64,000 bases of DNA, from assembly GCF_056712565.1 (NCBI RefSeq), contig NZ_CM160072.1, one strand, 5' to 3'. The notes beneath the pieces were generated by a model. It did no database searches and was not told the origin of the DNA. It was given only the letters and a program-made list of their open reading frames with translations. The position numbers were made by a program, and so were the translations under genes. This document shows, piece by piece, positions 57,210-64,000 of this stretch. Numbering within the stretch: the first letter of the stretch is position 1; every line of letters starts with the position of its first letter.

Positions 57210-58084
57210 CCAAGACGTTACTGGACGGCCCCGGTCGCGTGCTGGAGTCGGTTCATCCGCGCTTTTTAGTGGATCTGGCGCAGGGCGATGATGCCCGCCT
57301 TCCACAAGCCCATCAGCAGCAGTTTCGTGAACGACTGATGCAGGAACTTCTTGCGCGCGTGCAGCTTCAGACATGGACGAACGGCGGCATGTTAAATGCG
57401 CCGCTTAGCCTGCGTCTGACATTGGTGGAAAAACTGGCGTCGATGCTGGATCCCGGTCATCTGGCGCTGACGCAGATCGCGCAGCATCTGGCGCTGCTGC
57501 AAAAAATGGATCACCGCCAGCACTCTGCTTTCCCGGAGCTCCCCCAGCAAATTGTCGACTTGTATGAGTGGTTTTCAGCCCGTTGTCGCTGGAAGGAAAA
57601 GGCGTTAACGCAACGAGGCCTATTGGTGCAGGCGGGTGAACAGAGCGAGCAAATTTTTACCCGCTGGCGTGCTGGGGCGTATAACGCCTGGTCGTTGCCT
57701 GGGCGCTGCTTTATCGTTCTGGAGGAGTTGCGCTGGGGTGCATTTGGCGATGCCTGCCGTCTGGGAAGACCGCAAGCGGTGGCGTTGTTGCTGGGTGATT
57801 TGCGCGTGAAAGCGACACAACATTTGGCAGAGAGTATCAATGCGGCCCCGACCACGCGTCACTATTACCATCAGTGGTTTGCCTCTTCGACCGTTTCGAC
57901 GGGCGGGGAGCATGCTGATTTTTTAAGTTGGCTGGGAAAGTGGTCCACGGCAGATAAACAACCCGTTTGCTGGTCAGTGACCCAACGCTGGCGAACTGTC
58001 GCACTGGGGATGCCACGACTCTGTTCAGCGCAGCGTCTGGCGGGAGCAATGGTCGAGGAAATCTTCTCTGTAAATTTGGTGTAA
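57206..58084 (+). CDS. yjcZ: Uncharacterised protein co-transcribed with crfC
   Basis: 292-aa ORF overlapping crfC stop by 4 nt. Confidence 0.85.
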   Translation: MTKTLLDGPGRVLESVHPRFLVDLAQGDDARLPQAHQQQFRERLMQELLARVQLQTWTNGGMLNAPLSLRLTLVEKLASMLDPGHLALTQIAQHLALLQKMDHRQHSAFPELPQQIVDLYEWFSARCRWKEKALTQRGLLVQAGEQSEQIFTRWRAGAYNAWSLPGRCFIVLEELRWGAFGDACRLGRPQAVALLLGDLRVKATQHLAESINAAPTTRHYYHQWFASSTVSTGGEHADFLSWLGKWSTADKQPVCWSVTQRWRTVALGMPRLCSAQRLAGAMVEEIFSVNLV

Positions 58085-58347
58085 ATAATCAGTTACACCA
58101 ATGAGTCCTAAACGAAATACATGTGTGAAGTTGATCACAAATTTAAACACTGGTAGGGTAAAAAGGTCATTAACTGCTCAATTCAGGCGTCAACTGGTTT
58201 GATTGTACATTCCTTAACCGGAGGGTGTAAGCAAACCCGCTACGCTTGTTACAGAGATTGCATCCTGCAATTCCCGCTCCCCTTTTGCGGCCGTCGCGCT
58301 GATTTTTCTGGCGTTTGCGGAAATGGGCCAACTCTGCGAGGAAAGCT

Positions 58348-59850
58348 ATGCTGAAAAGGAAAAAAGTAAAACCGATTACCCTTCGTGATGTCACCATTAT
58401 TGATGACGGTAAACTGCGTAAAGCCATTACCGCAGCATCACTGGGTAATGCAATGGAATGGTTCGATTTTGGTGTTTATGGTTTTGTTGCTTACGCATTA
58501 GGTAAAGTTTTTTTCCCGGGGGCTGACCCCAGCGTGCAGATGGTTGCTGCACTCGCCACTTTCTCCGTTCCCTTTCTGATTCGACCGCTTGGCGGGCTCT
58601 TCTTTGGTATGTTGGGCGATAAATATGGTCGCCAGAAGATCCTCGCTATCACTATTGTGATTATGTCGATCAGTACGTTCTGTATTGGCTTAATACCGTC
58701 CTACGACACGATTGGTATTTGGGCACCGATTCTGCTGTTGATCTGTAAGATGGCACAAGGTTTCTCGGTCGGCGGTGAATATACCGGGGCGTCAATATTT
58801 GTTGCGGAATACTCCCCTGACCGTAAACGTGGCTTTATGGGCAGCTGGCTGGACTTTGGTTCTATTGCCGGGTTTGTGCTGGGAGCTGGCGTAGTGGTGT
58901 TAATTTCGACCATTGTCGGCGAAGAGAACTTCCTCGATTGGGGCTGGCGTATTCCGTTCTTTATCGCTCTGCCGTTAGGGATTATCGGGCTTTACCTGCG
59001 CCATGCGCTGGAAGAGACTCCGGCGTTCCAGCAGCATGTCGATAAACTGGAACAGGGCGACCGCGAAGGTTTGCAGGATGGCCCGAAAGTCTCGTTTAAA
59101 GAGATTGCCACCAAACACTGGCGCAGCCTGTTGACATGTATTGGTCTGGTAATTGCCACCAACGTGACTTACTACATGTTGCTGACCTATATGCCGAGTT
59201 ATTTGTCGCATAACCTGCATTACTCCGAAGACCACGGGGTGCTGATTATTATCGCCATTATGATCGGTATGCTGTTTGTTCAACCGGTGATGGGCTTGCT
59301 GAGTGACCGTTTTGGCCGTCGTCCGTTTGTGCTTCTTGGTAGTGTTGCACTGTTTGTGTTGGCGATCCCGGCGTTTATTCTGATTAACAGTAACGTCATC
59401 GGCCTGATTTTTGCCGGCTTATTGATGCTGGCGGTGATCCTTAACTGCTTTACGGGCGTTATGGCTTCTACCTTGCCTGCGATGTTCCCGACGCATATCC
59501 GTTACAGCGCGCTGGCGGCGGCATTTAATATTTCGGTGCTGGTTGCCGGTCTGACGCCAACGCTGGCGGCCTGGCTGGTCGAAAGCTCGCAGAATCTGAT
59601 GATGCCTGCCTATTACCTGATGGTAGTGGCGGTGGTTGGTTTAATCACCGGCGTAACCATGAAAGAGACGGCGAATCGACCGTTGAAAGGTGCGACACCA
59701 GCGGCGTCAGATATACAGGAAGCGAAGGAAATTCTCGTCGAGCATTACGATAATATCGAGCAGAAAATCGATGATATTGACCACGAGATTGCCGATTTGC
59801 AGGCGAAACGTACCCGCCTGGTGCAGCAACATCCGCGAATTGATGAATAA
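58348..59850 (+). CDS. proP: Osmoprotectant (proline/glycine betaine):proton symporter, MFS
   Basis: 500 aa from MLKRKKVKPITLRD with C-terminal coiled-coil extension. Confidence 0.9.
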   Translation: MLKRKKVKPITLRDVTIIDDGKLRKAITAASLGNAMEWFDFGVYGFVAYALGKVFFPGADPSVQMVAALATFSVPFLIRPLGGLFFGMLGDKYGRQKILAITIVIMSISTFCIGLIPSYDTIGIWAPILLLICKMAQGFSVGGEYTGASIFVAEYSPDRKRGFMGSWLDFGSIAGFVLGAGVVVLISTIVGEENFLDWGWRIPFFIALPLGIIGLYLRHALEETPAFQQHVDKLEQGDREGLQDGPKVSFKEIATKHWRSLLTCIGLVIATNVTYYMLLTYMPSYLSHNLHYSEDHGVLIIIAIMIGMLFVQPVMGLLSDRFGRRPFVLLGSVALFVLAIPAFILINSNVIGLIFAGLLMLAVILNCFTGVMASTLPAMFPTHIRYSALAAAFNISVLVAGLTPTLAAWLVESSQNLMMPAYYLMVVAVVGLITGVTMKETANRPLKGATPAASDIQEAKEILVEHYDNIEQKIDDIDHEIADLQAKRTRLVQQHPRIDE

Positions 59851-59900
59851 GCTGAAACGGATGGCCTGATGTGACGCTGTCTAATCAGGTCAATTGAACT

Positions 59901-59917
59901 CTTAAGGTTCACTTAAT
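59901..59917 (+). promoter_or_regulatory. PmrA (BasR) box CTTAAG-GTTCA-CTTAAT upstream of pmrR
   Basis: Direct hexamer repeat with 5-bp spacer matching the YTTAAK-N5-YTTAAK PmrA consensus, 45 bp upstream of the pmrR ATG. Confidence 0.6.
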
Positions 59918-59961
59918 CTCTGACGCGCATACTCTCCTCCAGGTTAACGGAGGAGAGTGCA

Positions 59962-60051
59962 ATGAAAAACCGTGTTTATGAAAGTTTAACTACCGTGTTC
60001 AGCGTGCTGGTGGTCAGCAGCTTTCTTTATATCTGGTTTGCCACGTACTGA
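59962..60051 (+). CDS. pmrR: PmrR, 29-aa membrane peptide (PmrA-activated regulator of LpxT)
   Basis: ORF MKNRVYESLTTVFSVLVVSSFLYIWFATY with one transmembrane helix, preceded by GGAGGAGAG; its 3' end overlaps the basS 3' end on the opposite strand. Confidence 0.6.
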   Translation: MKNRVYESLTTVFSVLVVSSFLYIWFATY

Positions 60052-61127
60052 TCTTTTTTCAGCCGTATCCAGGCCCGCGTGCCGGAAGTCTCTTGCCGGT
60101 TTTGCAGGAAAAACTGCCCGTGATGCAACTGTGTAATGCGGCTGACAATACTTAACCCCAGACCAATCCCGCCATAACGGCTGTCCATTCGTACAAACGC
60201 TTTACTCAACTCCCCGCATTTACTCTCATCAATACCCGGCCCTTCATCTTCAACGGCCATGACCGCTCCGCCATCTTCTTGCAGCTTAATCATAATGTTG
60301 CTGCCTTGTGGGCTATAACGATGGGCGTTTTCTACCAGGTTTCGCAATAACATCCGCAGCAGGGTTGCATCACCCTGAACGGTGATGTCGGCGGCGCTCT
60401 CTGGCAATAGCAGGGTTTGCTGGCGCTGGTCGAGCATGGTACTAAGTTCGTCATACGAGGGGAGAATGACATCTTCCAGCAGTTTTACATGTTGATAATT
60501 ACCGGAAGAAAATGACTGTCCGGCACGCGCCAGTTGCAGCAGCTGGGAGACGCTCTCCATCATCTGATCAAGTCGTGCCACTAACGGTGCTACATCAATG
60601 TGATGCGTTTTCGCCAGCAGTTCCAGATGCAAACGCACCCCCGCCAGTGGTGTTCGCAGTTCGTGCGCGACGTCAGCGGTAAACAACCTTTCGTTATCCA
60701 GCGTGCTGGTCAGGCGACTGACCAGATCGTTTAACGCCGAAACCACCGCATCGATTTCGAGGGTGGCGCTATGAATGGCAATGGGCGTTAAGTTATCGGC
60801 GGTGCGCGCTTCCAGCTCTTTTTGCAGCTCCGCCAGCGGTCGGGTGATGCGGCGTACCGCCTGATAGCAGATAAATAGCGTCAGGCTAACCATAAAGACG
60901 CCGGGGACAATCAGGCTGGCGACCGCCTCGCGGATCTCACGCATGATGTGGCGATCGTTGTTGCGATTGTCGCGTAGCGCCTGCTCAAACAGCTGAATCT
61001 GCTCGGTACTTTCATGCCACAGCCAGAAGACGCTGATCAGCTCAAACACCAACAAAATGGCCCCGATGGTCAATATCAGCCGTTGGCGCAGCGATATTGG
61101 TCGGCGCAGAAAACGCATCAGATTCAA
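60027..61127 (-). CDS. basS: Sensor histidine kinase BasS/PmrB
   Basis: HAMP and HisKA (HELRTPL) motifs; start could be 61127 or the ATG at 61118. Confidence 0.9.
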   Translation of the reverse strand: MNLMRFLRRPISLRQRLILTIGAILLVFELISVFWLWHESTEQIQLFEQALRDNRNNDRHIMREIREAVASLIVPGVFMVSLTLFICYQAVRRITRPLAELQKELEARTADNLTPIAIHSATLEIDAVVSALNDLVSRLTSTLDNERLFTADVAHELRTPLAGVRLHLELLAKTHHIDVAPLVARLDQMMESVSQLLQLARAGQSFSSGNYQHVKLLEDVILPSYDELSTMLDQRQQTLLLPESAADITVQGDATLLRMLLRNLVENAHRYSPQGSNIMIKLQEDGGAVMAVEDEGPGIDESKCGELSKAFVRMDSRYGGIGLGLSIVSRITQLHHGQFFLQNRQETSGTRAWIRLKKDQYVANQI

Positions 61128-61796
61128 TTAGTTTTCCTCATTTGCGACCAGCATATAGCCAAATCCGCGCACGGTGCGGATACGGGCTTTGCCCACTTTG
61201 TCGCGCAGGTTATGGATATGCACTTCCAGGGTGTTGGTCGAGGGCTCGTTGTCCCAGTTGTAGATATCGTTGTAGAGAATTTCCCGATGCACCGGGCTGC
61301 CTGCTTTAAGCATCAGGCGCGACAGCAGAGCATATTCTTTGGGCGTCAGAATCAGTTCTTCTCCGCTCATCCATACCTGGCGGCGACCCATATTCAGCGT
61401 CAGGTTGCCAACGTTCAGCTCACTTTCGCCCTGATTATTATGGCGTCGTAGCAGGGCGCGGATACGGGCGTGCAACTCTTCCAGCGCAAAAGGCTTCACC
61501 AGATAATCGTCGGCCCCGACATCCAGCCCGGCGATTTTGTCGGTAAGGGTATCGCGGGCGGTGAGAATTAACACCGGCAGAGTGTATTTTTTCTGCCGGA
61601 TACGGGCAAGAAAATGCAGCCCATCTTCATCGGGTAAGCCTAAATCCAGTACCACCAGGCTGTAATGACCGGCTTCAAGGCTTTGTTCCGCCATCCGCGC
61701 GGTGCTCACGCCATCGCACGCGTAGCCTTCGGTTTGCGCCGCCAGAATCAATCCCTGCAATAACAGCGTATCGTCTTCAACAATCAGAATTTTCAT
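61128..61796 (-). CDS. basR: OmpR-family response regulator BasR/PmrA
   Basis: 222-aa ORF, receiver domain plus winged-helix. Confidence 0.95.
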   Translation of the reverse strand: MKILIVEDDTLLLQGLILAAQTEGYACDGVSTARMAEQSLEAGHYSLVVLDLGLPDEDGLHFLARIRQKKYTLPVLILTARDTLTDKIAGLDVGADDYLVKPFALEELHARIRALLRRHNNQGESELNVGNLTLNMGRRQVWMSGEELILTPKEYALLSRLMLKAGSPVHREILYNDIYNWDNEPSTNTLEVHIHNLRDKVGKARIRTVRGFGYMLVANEEN

Positions 61797-63436
61797 TCAC
61801 TCACTCTCCTGCAAGTTTGCAGAATATCATCCGCAGCCTGGTAATACTTCGTCTCAACGCCAGTCAGGCCCAATAAGGTTGAGAATAAGTTGTCTTGTGA
61901 ATAGTGTTGCGTTTGCGCCTGTTTTTGCAGGCAGTTCTGGTCAACCTGATACCGTTTTTGATAATCCTCCGATAGCCACAGCAGCATCGGCACCTGTTTT
62001 TGGCTATCCGGGGCGATGGCATAAGGCAGACCGTGCAGATAGATGCCATTTTCACCTAACGATTCACCGTGGTCAGAAAGATAAACCAGGCTGGTGGTAA
62101 ATTTATCCTGATGTTCTTTCAGCAGATTAATCGCTTTATCAACAATATAGTCGACGTAAACCAGCGTGTTGTCGTAAGTGTTCACCAGTTGCTCTTGGGT
62201 ACAGGTCTGGATCTCGTTAGTGTCGCAGGTTGGGGTAAATTTCCTGAACTGCGGCGGATAGCGGTTGTAATAGGTCGGGCCGTGGCTGCCGATAGTGTGT
62301 AATACAATGAGGCCATCGCTTTGCAGATTATTGATGTACTCTTCCAGCCCGTGGAACAGCACTTCGTCATAGCATTCGCCGTTGATGCACTGACCAGGCA
62401 GGTTCAGCGCGGTGACGTTCTGGTGAGGTACGCGATCGCAAACGCCTTTACAGCCGCCATCGTTGTCATTCCACAGCACGTTGATGCCCGCTCGCTGAAT
62501 GATATCCAGCACGCCTTCCTGGTGCTGTGCCAGCTCTTCTTTGTAGTGCTCACGCGGCATATCCGAGAACATGCACGGCACTGAGACGGCTGTTGCTGTG
62601 CCACAAGAGGCGGTATTAGGGAAATAGACCACGTTATCTTTTGCCAGGCGAGGATTGGTTTCGCGTGGATAACCATTCAGCGAGAAATTCTCTGCGCGCG
62701 ACGTTTCTCCGACGATCAAAATGGTCAGGTTTTTGCGTTTCCCATTTTGCATTAATGGGTTGCGGTGAGCATCTTCACCAATGCGTATCAGTGGCAGGTT
62801 GGCTGACCGCTGGTGAGAGTACCACGACCAGCTAGCAACAATGCTGTTGGACGGGCTTAAGGATTTCACCAGTTCTTTGTTGTTGCGAAACAGCGATGCA
62901 TAGTCTTTGTAGAACAGTGCGGCAACCAGCAGAATCAGCAGTACAGAAATCAGGATGTTGGCCCCGCGGAAAAGAACGCTGCGCAGGCGTGAGGTGGTGG
63001 GTTTGATTTTGATCCAGCAGGCAATCAGCGCAGCAAGCACGCCGCTGAATCCCAGCGTTAATAACATTTGCGGCGTCATCAACGCATAACTTTCTGCCGG
63101 AGTGGTATCAATAATATTGGCAATCATCGAGCGGTCGATGACGATGCCGTAAGTCATTATGAAATATTGTGCAGCCGCGCCAACCAGAATAAACAGGCAG
63201 GCCAGCGGTCGATTAAGCCACAAGAAAGAGCTTAGTGTCAGGACAATATTAATCACGCTGAAGGCGACGACCGGCATCGACAAGAAAACCAGTACGTTAT
63301 GCAGCGAGTCCAGCGGCAGCGCCTGCAACACCTGTTTAAAAAAGGCAATATTCAGGCAGATAGAGATATAAAAAGCGGCTAACAATAGCCAGGCGAGTAA
63401 ATTCAAAGAGGGTCTTTTTAGTAGGCGCTTCAACAT
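61793..63436 (-). CDS. eptA: Lipid A phosphoethanolamine transferase
   Basis: 547 aa from [14 protein letters not shown]; membrane N-terminal domain plus sulfatase-like periplasmic domain; overlaps basR start. Confidence 0.9.
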   Translation of the reverse strand: MLKRLLKRPSLNLLAWLLLAAFYISICLNIAFFKQVLQALPLDSLHNVLVFLSMPVVAFSVINIVLTLSSFLWLNRPLACLFILVGAAAQYFIMTYGIVIDRSMIANIIDTTPAESYALMTPQMLLTLGFSGVLAALIACWIKIKPTTSRLRSVLFRGANILISVLLILLVAALFYKDYASLFRNNKELVKSLSPSNSIVASWSWYSHQRSANLPLIRIGEDAHRNPLMQNGKRKNLTILIVGETSRAENFSLNGYPRETNPRLAKDNVVYFPNTASCGTATAVSVPCMFSDMPREHYKEELAQHQEGVLDIIQRAGINVLWNDNDGGCKGVCDRVPHQNVTALNLPGQCINGECYDEVLFHGLEEYINNLQSDGLIVLHTIGSHGPTYYNRYPPQFRKFTPTCDTNEIQTCTQEQLVNTYDNTLVYVDYIVDKAINLLKEHQDKFTTSLVYLSDHGESLGENGIYLHGLPYAIAPDSQKQVPMLLWLSEDYQKRYQVDQNCLQKQAQTQHYSQDNLFSTLLGLTGVETKYYQAADDILQTCRRVSE

Positions 63437-63482
63437 CACGGTGTTTCCATCGAACAAAGTGCGCATATGCTCGCAAAGCAAA

Positions 63483-63499
63483 ATTAAGCCAACCTTAAG
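63483..63499 (-). promoter_or_regulatory. PmrA (BasR) box CTTAAG-GTTGG-CTTAAT upstream of eptA
   Basis: Minus-strand direct hexamer repeat with 5-bp spacer, 47-63 bp upstream of the eptA ATG at 63436. Confidence 0.6.
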
Positions 63500-63539
63500 T
63501 TCTTAAGGTTGGCTTTTATGTTTGCTTGATTAAGGGGAA

Positions 63540-64000
63540 TTAATCTTTGCTTATTGGTGCATCTAAGGGATACGGGTTTTTATGCAGCCGGTTGTAATTC
63601 AGCGCATACATGGCGGTGATTACCATCAGAGTGACAAATGACCACATAACCTCTTTCGCGCCGGACCCTACTACGGCCCAGATGCAGTAGAGGAAGGCAA
63701 TGGTAGTCACTGCCAGATATGCCGGGCGTGCTTTACCAAAGTGACCGTGGCCGAGCAGTAGTAACGCCGCACAGGTGTAAAGATATGGCACCAGTGTAAA
63801 GATGACCGACACGGAAGAAACCAGACCGAATTCTTTGGTCGCGTTTGGCGAAATGCTACTGAGCTGGAAGATGGTCATCAAAATACCGACGATAATCAGC
63901 CCCGCCACTGGCGTGCCCGCTTTATTTACACGGGCAAAAATCGGTGGGAACAGTCCGTCATCGGCAGCGGCTTTCGCCGTTTGACCCGCCAGCAACGTCC
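63540..64000 (-). CDS. adiC: Arginine:agmatine antiporter, C-terminal part only; the gene continues beyond the window end
   Basis: ORF ending ..[22 protein letters not shown]-family membrane protein; synteny with eptA. Confidence 0.85.
   Translation of the reverse strand, partial: TLLAGQTAKAAADDGLFPPIFARVNKAGTPVAGLIIVGILMTIFQLSSISPNATKEFGLVSSVSVIFTLVPYLYTCAALLLLGHGHFGKARPAYLAVTTIAFLYCIWAVVGSGAKEVMWSFVTLMVITAMYALNYNRLHKNPYPLDAPISKD

Overview
This 64-kb window is an Escherichia coli-type chromosomal segment running soxS-soxR-ghxP-yjcE ... acs-yjcH-actP, nrfABCDEFG, gltP, yjcO, fdhF, ytcA-mdtNOP, yjcS, the als/rpi allose cluster, the 14-gene phn C-P lyase operon, yjdN, yjdM, crfC-yjcZ, proP, pmrR/basRS/eptA and the 3' end of adiC. 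Gene identities rest on recognising the translated ORFs and on synteny, with no database search run. I do not find a convincingly new system. The content that departs from the K-12 layout as I remember it is: (1) a LysR regulator divergent from an LrgA/LrgB (CidA/CidB)-family membrane pair sitting between yjcE and actP, where I recall K-12 carrying yjcF; (2) a five-gene Nik/Opp-family ABC importer between yjcO and fdhF, with a perfect palindrome in its promoter region; (3) two independent inactivating lesions in the allose transporter (alsC in-frame amber codon, alsB -1 frameshift in a homopolymer) while alsA, alsE and alsK stay intact; (4) an apparently intact phnE. Well-supported sequence-level signals include the fdhF in-frame TGA selenocysteine codon with its downstream stem-loop, a sigma-54 promoter for fdhF, an FNR plus NarL/NarP site pair upstream of nrfA at the expected spacing, PmrA boxes upstream of pmrR and eptA, the SoxR palindrome, a Pho box at phnC, and several REP/BIME repeats including a tandem 92-bp duplication. 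No CRISPR array, IS element, integrase, prophage or defence-system genes were seen. All coordinates were derived by hand and may be off by a few bases; start codons marked uncertain were chosen by length comparison with remembered K-12 proteins.
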